From NCBI GenBank assembly GCA_038321865.1, contig JBBQFH010000005.1, positions 68,694 through 132,693 on the forward strand: DNA of 64,000 bases, written 5' to 3'. Position 1 is the stretch's first letter, and each line of letters opens with the position of its first letter. This stretch comes from Gemmatimonadales bacterium. Its GTDB lineage: Bacteria > Gemmatimonadota > Gemmatimonadetes > Gemmatimonadales > GWC2-71-9. Shown here piece after piece: positions 20,747 through 29,526 of the stretch. The notes beneath the pieces were generated by a model. The model was not told where the DNA came from. It searched no databases and saw nothing but the letters and a program-made list of their open reading frames with translations. The position numbers were made by a program, and so were the translations under genes.

Positions 20747-21666
20747 TGCCCTGCCGCCGCGGTGTGATGGCTGTCGCCCTCGACGGGCAGGTCGGCCCGC
20801 GCGCTCCATTCCTGAAACGATCCGTCATAGAGCCGCGCGTCATAGCCGAGCGAGCGCGCCACCAGGCGGACCCAGCTCCCCTGCTGCCCGATGTGGCAAT
20901 AGACGACGAGGATACGGCCCGGCGCGGCGCCCGCGGCACGGAACGCACTCCGCAGTGCGCCCTCGCTCTTCAGGTTGTCCAGCGAATCTGTCAGGCTGGT
21001 GTAGGGGATGCTGTGCGCGCCGGGAATGTGCCCGCCGCGCGGCATGCTGCTCTTGATGGTGTCGAGGTAAAATCCCGCGTCCCGCGCGTCGATGATCGCC
21101 ACCTTCGGATCGTGCAGGTGCGCCTGGACGAAGTCAGCGGACACGAAGTAGGCCGGATGTGGCCGGGTACGGGCCGTTCCGGGCGACACGGAGGGGAGGT
21201 CGGCGGTGAGGGCGCCGCCGCTCCGCCGCCATCCCTCCGCGCCGCCCTCCATGAAGCCGACTCGGCCACCGAACCCGGCCCAGTCCAGCGTGAGCGCCAG
21301 ACGGGCGGTCGGAGTCACCCATCCGCTGGTGGCGTACACCACGATTCTCGAGTCGTCCGTGATGCCCAGTGTTCGCAGCGTGGAGTCGAAGCGCGCGGAC
21401 GTGGGCAGTTCGAGCGCCAGGCCTGGATGCTGCTTGCCATCCATCGCCATCGGCGCGGTGAATGCGTGGAAGTCGACGTAACGCGCGCCCGGCAGATGCA
21501 GGGAATCGTACGCCGGCCGGGGGCCGACAGTCAGGATGATCAGCCTGGGATCCGTCAGATGAGCCTTCACCCATGCCGGGCTGACGACCAGCGGCACCGC
21601 CGGATCGGCCGGCTGTCTGGGTGCGCCGTTCATGGAGAGGAGCGCGGCGGCGAAATGAGCGATCAT
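20743..21666 (-). CDS. Tandem-domain rhodanese sulfurtransferase, probably exported
   Basis: Hydrophobic N-terminus; HLPGA and GHIPGA repeats; active loop YCHIGQQG; YDGSFQEW. Confidence 0.88.
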   Translation of the reverse strand: MIAHFAAALLSMNGAPRQPADPAVPLVVSPAWVKAHLTDPRLIILTVGPRPAYDSLHLPGARYVDFHAFTAPMAMDGKQHPGLALELPTSARFDSTLRTLGITDDSRIVVYATSGWVTPTARLALTLDWAGFGGRVGFMEGGAEGWRRSGGALTADLPSVSPGTARTRPHPAYFVSADFVQAHLHDPKVAIIDARDAGFYLDTIKSSMPRGGHIPGAHSIPYTSLTDSLDNLKSEGALRSAFRAAGAAPGRILVVYCHIGQQGSWVRLVARSLGYDARLYDGSFQEWSARADLPVEGDSHHTAAAGQ

Positions 21667-21704
21667 GGCGGAACCTCCGGTGGATGAAGTCGAACCCCGA
21701 CGAC

Positions 21705-21786
21705 ATCATAGGGAGGCGGTCACCGGCAATGGCGCAGGTTCGGTCGCCGATTCGTGCGAGTTCTGTGCGGAGATGTCGCGAAGGGG
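21705..21786 (-). promoter_or_regulatory. Putative activator-dependent promoter of the rhodanese operon (-10 TATGAT plus 11-bp direct repeats)
   Basis: TATGAT at 21710-21705; plus-strand GTGCG cores at 21754 and 21765, TCGCG at 21776. Confidence 0.55.
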
Positions 21787-21789
21787 CCG

Positions 21790-22479
21790 TCAGGGACGGA
21801 AGCGGTATCCCACCTTCCAGACCGTGAGGAAATGACCGGGCTCCGCCGCGTCGTCCTCGAGCTTGCGGCGAAGTTCCGCCATATGCGAGTCGACGGTGCG
21901 CGTAAGCACGTCGCCCTCCTGGCCCCAGACCTCGCGCAGCAGGTCCACGCGAGTCGCCACCGCGCCGTTGCGGCGCACCAGCGCAAGCATCAGCTCGTAC
22001 GCCTTGGGCGTGAGCGTCACGGCAGCGCCGGAGCGGGTGACTCCGCGCGATGCGGGTTCCACCTCGATCGTGCCGAAGCGAATCGGCGCCAGCGCGGGAT
22101 GCGCCGCGCCGTTTGCGGCCCGTCGGAGCAGCGAGCGGATCCGTTCGAGCAGCTCGAGCAGGCCGAACGGCTTCGTGACGTACTGGTCAGCATCGAGCCG
22201 GAAGCCCCGCACCTTGTCCGCCTCTTCGCCGCGGGCGCTGAGAATCAGCACCGGCACCCGGTTGCCCGCGGCGCGCATGGCCTGCAGTACCCGATAGCCA
22301 TCCACGCCCGGCAGCATCAGATCGAGCACGACGAGATCGGGGCGCCACTGGCGGGCCAGCTCGATCGCGCGGTGCCCGTCGCCGGCGACGGACACTTCAT
22401 ATCCCTCGAGCTCAAGGTTGTACCGTACGCCATCAGCCAGCTCGGCGTTGTCCTCGACCACGAGGATGCGGCTGGTCAT
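21790..22479 (-). CDS. OmpR/PhoB family response regulator
   Basis: VEDN, LDLMLP phospho-Asp, TKPF, winged helix TRTVDSHMAELRRKL, VWKVGYRF. Confidence 0.93.
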   Translation of the reverse strand: MTSRILVVEDNAELADGVRYNLELEGYEVSVAGDGHRAIELARQWRPDLVVLDLMLPGVDGYRVLQAMRAAGNRVPVLILSARGEEADKVRGFRLDADQYVTKPFGLLELLERIRSLLRRAANGAAHPALAPIRFGTIEVEPASRGVTRSGAAVTLTPKAYELMLALVRRNGAVATRVDLLREVWGQEGDVLTRTVDSHMAELRRKLEDDAAEPGHFLTVWKVGYRFRP

Positions 22480-24119
22480 GGCGACACGCCAACGGGCGCG
22501 GGACGAGTCGCCGGCAGGCCAGGAATCTCGATGATGACGGTCGTGCCGCGCGATACGTTGGGATCGATCCAGGCACTGCCGCCGTGGCGCTCCACCGCCT
22601 CACGCACGACGGACAGGCCGATCCCACTTCCGCCGATGGCCCGCACATCGGGACTGCGACCGCGGAAGTATGGCTCCCACACCCGTTCCCGCTCGGCCGG
22701 CGGGACGCCGGGGCCTTCGTCCGCGACGCTGACGCGAACGGAGGATCCGCGAGTCGTAGCTCCAACGGTGACGGTCTGGCCCGGCGGCCCGTATTTCACC
22801 GCGTTGTCGAGCAGGTTGAGCACCAGTTGGCGGAAGCGCGCCCGATCGAGCGGCGCGACCAGGCCCGGCGCAAGCTCCATGCGAATCTCCACCCGGCGCG
22901 AGCGCGCCAGCGGCGCGAATGCCCGGACGGTCTCTCCGACTTCCGTGGCCACATCAAGGGGCTCGAGTGGCGGCGGCGTGGGCTGATGGCCCGCCGGGGA
23001 AAACTGCAGCACGTTATCCACCAGGTTCCCCAGCCGAGTGGTTTCGCGGTCCAGGTGGGCAAGGAGCCATTCGCGCTGTTCCTCGGTCTCGAACCGGCCG
23101 AGTCGCAGTGTTTCGAGAAACAGGCGTACCTGTGCGAGCGGTGTACGCAGCTCGTGGGAGACACTGGAGACGAAATCGGAACGCAGCCGTACGAGCTCGC
23201 TTTCGCGGCGGAGCTGGCGCAACGCGACCACCGCGAGAGCAGCTGAAATCAGGACCAGTGCAAGGAGGAGACCGGATGTCGACCGTCCGCCCCGCAGTAC
23301 CTGCCCTGCCAGCGCCGGGCGAACCGCGGCGGTGATGTGGAGGCCCGCCGCCGCGGTGCGGACTGTGTCATTGGCCGCTCGGCTCCAGTCCGCATCGCTG
23401 GATGATGCGAACAGCCGGACGCCGCCCGCAGTGGTGACCCGCACGGCCAGAATCGAGTCGTTGGGCAGGCCGCGGGTGACCGCCGCCGGGAGCAGCCCGT
23501 TCGCCGTAAACGCATCCGCAAAGACCGCGGACATCGTCGCCGGATCGAAGGTGAAGCCGTAGACGATCGTGTCAGCATGCCAGTTCGGCATCAGGCCGTA
23601 CGCGAACATGCGCTCCTGCCCGTGCACCCGCCCGGACACCAGCGCCATCCGCTCGCTCGTCCGGGCCAGCCCCCGTAACCTGGCGGTCAGTTCGGAGTGG
23701 ATCCAGCGCCGCATAGCGGAATCCGGCTCGGCGCCGGCGGTCCCCATCGTGTCGGCGCCGAGCGTGAAGGCAAAGAACATTTCGGCGCGATACTTCGGAT
23801 TGCAGTTGCACTGGGCGAGCGACGTGCGCTGGTAGTCGAGCAGGCGGGCGGCGCTCGGATGGTTCAGCAGCATGTGGGTTTCCCGATGCAGGATCGGGTT
23901 GAGCACCTGCCACCCTGCTTCACTCAGCGCATTGTTCACATGGCGCTGGTAGCTCCACGCCGCGAATGCCGCGTAGTCATGCACCAGCTGTTCCGCTGTC
24001 TGCCGCTGGAGCCGCGCCGCGCGCTGGGCCTGGATCGCCGCGAGCGCCATTGCGGCGAATGTCGCGACGAGCAGGAGGAGTGACCAGGCGATCGGGCGAC
24101 TGGGACGCGAAACGGGCAA
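22476..24119 (-). CDS. Membrane sensor histidine kinase
   Basis: Two TM segments flanking an extracytoplasmic domain; H box VSHELRTPL, N box NLLDNAVKY, DEGPG, GSGIGL; start uncertain (TTG 24119). Confidence 0.9.
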   Translation of the reverse strand: MPVSRPSRPIAWSLLLLVATFAAMALAAIQAQRAARLQRQTAEQLVHDYAAFAAWSYQRHVNNALSEAGWQVLNPILHRETHMLLNHPSAARLLDYQRTSLAQCNCNPKYRAEMFFAFTLGADTMGTAGAEPDSAMRRWIHSELTARLRGLARTSERMALVSGRVHGQERMFAYGLMPNWHADTIVYGFTFDPATMSAVFADAFTANGLLPAAVTRGLPNDSILAVRVTTAGGVRLFASSSDADWSRAANDTVRTAAAGLHITAAVRPALAGQVLRGGRSTSGLLLALVLISAALAVVALRQLRRESELVRLRSDFVSSVSHELRTPLAQVRLFLETLRLGRFETEEQREWLLAHLDRETTRLGNLVDNVLQFSPAGHQPTPPPLEPLDVATEVGETVRAFAPLARSRRVEIRMELAPGLVAPLDRARFRQLVLNLLDNAVKYGPPGQTVTVGATTRGSSVRVSVADEGPGVPPAERERVWEPYFRGRSPDVRAIGGSGIGLSVVREAVERHGGSAWIDPNVSRGTTVIIEIPGLPATRPAPVGVSP

Positions 24120-24146
24120 GCAGGGCTCCGGGTGACGGCTAGGCCA

Positions 24147-24225
24147 ACTGTAGCGGCCGGGCCTGGTGCCAGCAATGCCGACCTGGTGCTGGAATTGTGC
24201 GGAAACGGTGCGAAGTTGGTTGCGG
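24147..24225 (-). promoter_or_regulatory. Putative promoter of the two-component operon with 11-bp direct repeats
   Basis: TTGCTG-N17-TACAGT (24175-24147); plus-strand GTGCT 24186, GTGCG 24197, GTGCG 24208, TTGCG 24220. Confidence 0.55.
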
Positions 24226-24232
24226 TCGGGAA

Positions 24233-24988
24233 TCAACGCTGAGGGGAGACGGATGCCTTGCCGATGAGCTCCACCAGCCGGCGGATTCGGTTTGCATCCG
24301 TGACCATGCGGGAGCCCTCCGGCGGCACCGCCCTGATCATCGACACGAGTGGATTGTGGAACTGCATCTGGTCGGTCTTGACCGAAACACCACGCGCATG
24401 CACCTCGCTGACCCCGGTGGCACCGATCAGCGCGGCCACGTTTTTTTCGCTGACGCCGCCTCCGGCCAGCACGATGATGCGGCCGGCGGCCTGCCGAACC
24501 AGCGCGGCGAGGGCGACTGCGCCCTCGAGAGCCGTGGCGGCCTGACCCGATGTCAGCACGCGGTCGACTCCGAGCTCGATCAACTCCTCGAGGCCTCGGC
24601 TGGCGTCCCGGCACCCGTCGAAGGCGCGGTGGAAGGTGACCGCCATCGGCCGGGCAGTCTCGACGAAGCGAGCGGTCGTCTCCAGGTCGACGCGTCCGTC
24701 TGACCGAAGGGCGCCGATGACTACACCATCCACCTCGAGCTCGCGGCACATGATGATGTCGCGACACATCGCCTCGACCTCGAGATTCGAATACACGAAG
24801 TCGCCGCCGCGGGCGCGAATCAGTACGAAAAGCGGTATGCCGACCTGCTCCCGGCATACCGCGATGATTCCGGCACTCGGTGTCGTCCCGCCTTCGGCGA
24901 GATTGTCGCACAGCTCCAGCCGGCCCGCGCCACCCGCCTCGGCGGCCAGCGCGGACTCGATCGAGTCCACGCAGGCCTCCAGGATCAC
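24233..24988 (-). CDS. cutC: CutC family protein
   Basis: LEACVDS, RLELCDNLAEGGTTPS, LIRARGGDFVY, TFHRAFD, RVLTSG. Confidence 0.92.
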   Translation of the reverse strand: MILEACVDSIESALAAEAGGAGRLELCDNLAEGGTTPSAGIIAVCREQVGIPLFVLIRARGGDFVYSNLEVEAMCRDIIMCRELEVDGVVIGALRSDGRVDLETTARFVETARPMAVTFHRAFDGCRDASRGLEELIELGVDRVLTSGQAATALEGAVALAALVRQAAGRIIVLAGGGVSEKNVAALIGATGVSEVHARGVSVKTDQMQFHNPLVSMIRAVPPEGSRMVTDANRIRRLVELIGKASVSPQR

Positions 24989-26316
24989 AACGTCCAGCCC
25001 TTCCGATACACCGGCTTGAGATACTCGGGCGGCACACCGGTATTCCTGATCTCACCCGTTTCCGAATTGAGCTCGATCGGCTGCTGCATGCGCACCGCAA
25101 AATTGCCCAGCAGCACCATCTGGGTCAGCGGCCCCGAATGACCGTTGAAGTTGGAGCCCGGCTGGGTGCCGCCCTTGATCGCGGCGATCCACTCCTTGTG
25201 GACCCCCTCGGTGCGTGGATACTTCTGCGCCGGCGGATGCGCCTTGAGCTCCTTGTCATGCGCGGGGTCCACGAGCCGGACATTGTCACCGTACACATCG
25301 GCCACGAGCATGCCGGCGGTGCCGACCCAGAGCTGGTGGCCGGGATCGCCGCCGAGCGGCCAGATCGCGTCCGCCGGATATCCGGCCGGCCGGCCCGGCG
25401 TCAGGCCGCCGTCGCGCCAGAACACCTTCAACGCGGGCCGGGTGCCGCGGGCGGGAAACTCATAGATGATGCGCGACATCTTGGGCGCGGTCTCGGCGTA
25501 GGTCGGCGACGTCTCGGCTTCGATGCGTGTCGGAAACCCGAGGTTGAGCGTCCAGAATGCCGCGTCCATCGCATGAGGCGCGATGTCACCGAGGGCGCCA
25601 CAGCCGAAATCCCACCAGCCACGCCAGCGGAATGGAGCGTAGGCGGGATTGTAGGGGCGTTCGTTCGCCGGGCCCAGCCAGAGGTTCCAGTCGAGCGTGG
25701 GCGGGACGTTGAACGCCTCGCTCGGCCGGTCGATGCCCTGGGGCCAGATGGGGCGGTTGGTCCAGTAGTGGACCTCCTTCACCGCGCCGATTGCGCCGGC
25801 CTCCACCAGCTCGCGAATGAGCCGGGTGCCGGCGCCGGCATGTCCCTGATTGCCCATCTGCGTCGCCAGTTTCGGTGACCGGCGTGCCTGCTCCATCAGC
25901 GCCCGCACCTCGCCGATGGTCCGGGCCAGCGGCTTCTGGCAGTACGTGTGCTTCCCGGCCCGAAGCGACAGGAGCGCGGCAGCGGCGTGCGAGTGGTCCG
26001 GCGTCGACACGGTGATCGCATCGATATTCTTTCCCTCCTTGTCGATCATCTCGCGGTAGTCCTTGTACCGCCGGACCTTCGGATAGGTCTTGAAGGCGTC
26101 CTCGGCGCTCTTCCAGTCCACGTCGGCAAAGGCGACCAGGTTCTCGCCGCTCATGCCGGTCACGTCGTTCCGACCCATGCCCCCCACCCCGATGCACGCT
26201 ACATTCAGCGTGTCGCTCGGCGCGCGGTATCCGCGGCCCAGCACATGCCGCGGTACGATGGTGAACAGGCCGGCCGCCGCGCCGGTCCCGACGAACTTTC
26301 GCCTCGACACTCCCAT
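24985..26316 (-). CDS. Gfo/Idh/MocA family oxidoreductase (Tat)
   Basis: SRRKFV Tat signal; IGVGGMG, TPDHSH, YCQKPL, QMGNQG, WRGWWDFGCGALGD. Confidence 0.9.
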   Translation of the reverse strand: MGVSRRKFVGTGAAAGLFTIVPRHVLGRGYRAPSDTLNVACIGVGGMGRNDVTGMSGENLVAFADVDWKSAEDAFKTYPKVRRYKDYREMIDKEGKNIDAITVSTPDHSHAAAALLSLRAGKHTYCQKPLARTIGEVRALMEQARRSPKLATQMGNQGHAGAGTRLIRELVEAGAIGAVKEVHYWTNRPIWPQGIDRPSEAFNVPPTLDWNLWLGPANERPYNPAYAPFRWRGWWDFGCGALGDIAPHAMDAAFWTLNLGFPTRIEAETSPTYAETAPKMSRIIYEFPARGTRPALKVFWRDGGLTPGRPAGYPADAIWPLGGDPGHQLWVGTAGMLVADVYGDNVRLVDPAHDKELKAHPPAQKYPRTEGVHKEWIAAIKGGTQPGSNFNGHSGPLTQMVLLGNFAVRMQQPIELNSETGEIRNTGVPPEYLKPVYRKGWTL

Positions 26317-26334
26317 GCGATCTCCTTTGGTAGA

Positions 26335-27543
26335 CTATGCGGCGGCTGTGCCCGCCCGCGAAGCGGGGCGGAACAGCAGTGCGAACGTGACCAGCACCAC
26401 CAGCGCCATCACCGCCGGCACCATCCAGATCGACTGCCAGTCGTGCCCGGAGCCGTCGGCCAGCTTCCAGTTGTCCACCACCGACCCCGAGACGAACGCG
26501 CCGACGAAATATCCCAGCCCGTTGGTCACGAAGTTGATGAATCCCTGTGCCGCCGCGCGGATTGTCACGCCGGCCTTCTCGTCGGTGTAGATCTGGCCAC
26601 CCACGAAGAAGAAGTCGTAGCAGATGCCGTGCAGCAGGATGCCGATGTAGATGAGCCACATGCCGGCACCCGCGTTGCCGTTGCTGAAGGCGAAGTAGCG
26701 CAGCGACCAGGCCAGCATGCCGCCGAGCATGATGCCCTTGATGCCGAAGCGCCGGAGGGCGAAGGGTAGCAACAGCATGAAGAAGAACTCGGACATCTGG
26801 CCGAAGGTCTGGATGTAGGCAGCGTCGCGCACCCCGATCTCGTTGAGATACGCGTTGGTCCAGGTGTAGTAGAACTGCAGCGGCACGCAGAGCAGGAACG
26901 ACCCGATCACGAAAATGAGGAACGAGCGGTCCTTCAGCAGCCCCAGGGCGTCGAGTCCCAGCGCGTCACGCGCGCTGAACGGCGTGCCGGCCGCCTTGGG
27001 CGGCGTGTGCGGCAGCACCAGCGAGAAGAGGCCGAGTACGATTGAGCCGATTGCTCCCACGCGCATCGGCAGGGCGAGCGGGTCGGCGTGCATGACGCGC
27101 CCGATCAGGACGCCCGCCACGATCCAGCCGATGGTGCCGAGTACCCGGATCTTCGGAAAGTCCCGTGCCGGGTCGGCGATATGGTGGAACGAGATCGAAT
27201 TGGTGAGCGAGAGCGTGGGCATGTAGCAGAGGGCGTAGAGAATCAGAACCGGATAGAAGCTCCCGAACGTCGTCTGGGTGGACACCAGCCAGAGCAGCAC
27301 GCCGCCGATCAGGTGCAGCACGGCGAGCAGTTTTTCGCTCGCGAAGAACCGGTCGGCGACCATGCCGACGAAGAAGGGCGTCACCAGCGCCGCGATCGCG
27401 GTCGCGCCGTACGCCAGTCCCACCTCGCGGCCGCTGAAGTGCAGCGTCTGGGACAGATAAGTCCCCATGGTGACGAACCACGAGCCCCAGATGAAGTACT
27501 GCAGAAACATCATCACGGACAGCCGCACGCGGGTGCTGGTCAT
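26335..27543 (-). CDS. MFS transporter, nucleoside:H+ symporter (NupG-like) family
   Basis: [36 protein letters not shown]. Confidence 0.9.
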   Translation of the reverse strand: MTSTRVRLSVMMFLQYFIWGSWFVTMGTYLSQTLHFSGREVGLAYGATAIAALVTPFFVGMVADRFFASEKLLAVLHLIGGVLLWLVSTQTTFGSFYPVLILYALCYMPTLSLTNSISFHHIADPARDFPKIRVLGTIGWIVAGVLIGRVMHADPLALPMRVGAIGSIVLGLFSLVLPHTPPKAAGTPFSARDALGLDALGLLKDRSFLIFVIGSFLLCVPLQFYYTWTNAYLNEIGVRDAAYIQTFGQMSEFFFMLLLPFALRRFGIKGIMLGGMLAWSLRYFAFSNGNAGAGMWLIYIGILLHGICYDFFFVGGQIYTDEKAGVTIRAAAQGFINFVTNGLGYFVGAFVSGSVVDNWKLADGSGHDWQSIWMVPAVMALVVLVTFALLFRPASRAGTAAA

Positions 27544-28277
27544 GGCAGCACCCGGATCTTGATGTTCCGGAGCGAGAGTGTGCCGTCGTGATCGCCCTGG
27601 AAGGCGATGTAGCCCCGTTGGAGCTTCCCGTACTCGGGCCACGCGGCGAACTTGCTGGCCTTCACCTTGGCGGTCCAGTCGGCGCTTCCCAGCTCGTATT
27701 CCAGCAGCTTCCTGCCGTTCATCCAGTGCTCGACGTGGGATCCGTTCACCACGATCCGGCCGCTGTTCCATTCGCCCACCCGATGCAGCACCCCGATCGG
27801 CGACGGATAGAGTCCGTATGCCGCACCCGCCGAGGTCAGGCGGCTGCGGCCGTCGGGCGCGCCCAGGTCGTCGAGCAGCTGGTATTCCGGCGCGGTCCAG
27901 TAGATGTGCTCGTACGCCTCGTTGCCCCGGTAGAAGACGCCGGCGTTCCCCCCTGCGCCGAGCTGCCAGTCGAACGCGAGCTCGAAGTTGGCGAACTGTT
28001 CGGTCGTCATGATGTCTTCGGTGCTGCTCGACTTGGTCAGCGTGCCGTTCACGGCCTTCCAGCCGGCCGGCACGGCCTGCATCTTGTAACCGCGCCAGCC
28101 GTCGAGCGTCCGCCCATCGAACAGCAGGCGCCAGCCGTCCCGCTGTTCCCTGCTCGAGAGCCGGTTGAAGTGTCCCGCCGGCGACACGCTTCCGCCGCCC
28201 TGGCTGCAGGACAGCGTCGCGCATACGAACAGCAGGACCGGCAGCAGTGCCACACGGGCGGGCAGGCGCAGAATCAT
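27540..28277 (-). CDS. DUF1080 / 3-keto-glycoside hydrolase-like lipoprotein
   Basis: Lipobox [45 protein letters not shown]. Confidence 0.87.
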   Translation of the reverse strand: MILRLPARVALLPVLLFVCATLSCSQGGGSVSPAGHFNRLSSREQRDGWRLLFDGRTLDGWRGYKMQAVPAGWKAVNGTLTKSSSTEDIMTTEQFANFELAFDWQLGAGGNAGVFYRGNEAYEHIYWTAPEYQLLDDLGAPDGRSRLTSAGAAYGLYPSPIGVLHRVGEWNSGRIVVNGSHVEHWMNGRKLLEYELGSADWTAKVKASKFAAWPEYGKLQRGYIAFQGDHDGTLSLRNIKIRVLP

Positions 28278-28392
28278 CGTCGTCTCGATCGGAGTCATTG
28301 TAGGGGAAGCGGGTGCCATCGGCAGACCCGCCTCAGAATACGATTCATGCCCGCTGAGCGAAAGGCCGGCCAGCCCGAACCACGGAGCGCGC

Positions 28393-29526
28393 GTGCCTCA
28401 CCGGTGGAAGCACCTGACCCTGCCCGTCTCATTGCTGTTGGCGCTCCTGCCGCGTGCCCTGCCGGCGCAGCAGCCCCGCCGCACCGAAAACGTCGTCCTG
28501 ATCGTCACCGACGGGCTCCGCTGGCAGGAGCTGTTCCGCGGCGCCGATTCGGCGCTCATCGATGCGCGCTGGGGCGGGGTCGAGGACACGGCCGGCACGC
28601 GCCGCGCCTTCCGGCGGCCGACGATCGAGGCGACGCGCGGGGCGCTGCTGCCGTTCATCTGGGGCCAGGTCGCGCAGCAGGGGCAGATCTTCGGCAACGT
28701 GCCGCGCGGCAGCGTGGCGACCGTCACCAACGGGCTCAAGTTCTCGTATCCCGGCTATAACGAGATGATCTCCGGCCGGCCCGATCCGCGTATTGACCGC
28801 AACGATGCCGGCCCGAACCCGAACGTGACGGTGTTCGAGTGGCTGAACGGCCGTGCCGGCCTGAAGGGACGGGTCGCGGTCTTCGGCACCTGGGACGCGT
28901 TCCCGGCCATCTTCAATCGCGGCCGGAGCGGCCTCCCCATCCACGCGGGTTGGGAGGTGCCATTCGTCGCGCATCCCGCGGCGGGCCAGGCCGCGATCAA
29001 TCGGCTCTACGCGACCACGACGCGGCTCTGGGATGACCTCGCCTACGACGGGTTCATGCAGGCCGTGGTGCTCGATTACGTCCGGGCGCGGCGCCCGCGG
29101 CTCCTGTTCGTCGGCTATGGCGAGACGGACGAATGGGCGCACAGCCGGCGTTACGACCAGACACTCCGCTCCGCCCAACGGGTAGACGGGTTCATCGCGG
29201 AGCTGTGGAACACGATGCAGGGAATGCCCCAGTATCGCGGTCGGACCACGTTCATCATCACTACCGACCACGGCCGCGGCGCCACCCGGGAGGACTGGAC
29301 CGACCACGGGAAAAACGTCGTGGGTGCCGAGAACATCTGGATCGCTGTGATCGGGCCCGATACCCCGGCGGTCGGGGAAGTCACCGGAGGGGTGCGGGTC
29401 ACCCAGGGCCAGATCGCCGCCACGATCGCCGCGCTGCTGGGCGAAGACTACCGGGCTGTCGCCCCGGACGCTGCGCCGCCGCTCGCGTGGGCCATCCCGT
29501 CGCTCGTGCCGGCCGGCGTCCGGTGA
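28393..29526 (+). CDS. Alkaline-phosphatase-superfamily protein, secreted
   Basis: VLIVTDGLRW, FSYPGY (putative Ser nucleophile), ETDEWAH, TTDHG metal ligands; start approximate. Confidence 0.8.
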   Translation: MPHRWKHLTLPVSLLLALLPRALPAQQPRRTENVVLIVTDGLRWQELFRGADSALIDARWGGVEDTAGTRRAFRRPTIEATRGALLPFIWGQVAQQGQIFGNVPRGSVATVTNGLKFSYPGYNEMISGRPDPRIDRNDAGPNPNVTVFEWLNGRAGLKGRVAVFGTWDAFPAIFNRGRSGLPIHAGWEVPFVAHPAAGQAAINRLYATTTRLWDDLAYDGFMQAVVLDYVRARRPRLLFVGYGETDEWAHSRRYDQTLRSAQRVDGFIAELWNTMQGMPQYRGRTTFIITTDHGRGATREDWTDHGKNVVGAENIWIAVIGPDTPAVGEVTGGVRVTQGQIAATIAALLGEDYRAVAPDAAPPLAWAIPSLVPAGVR

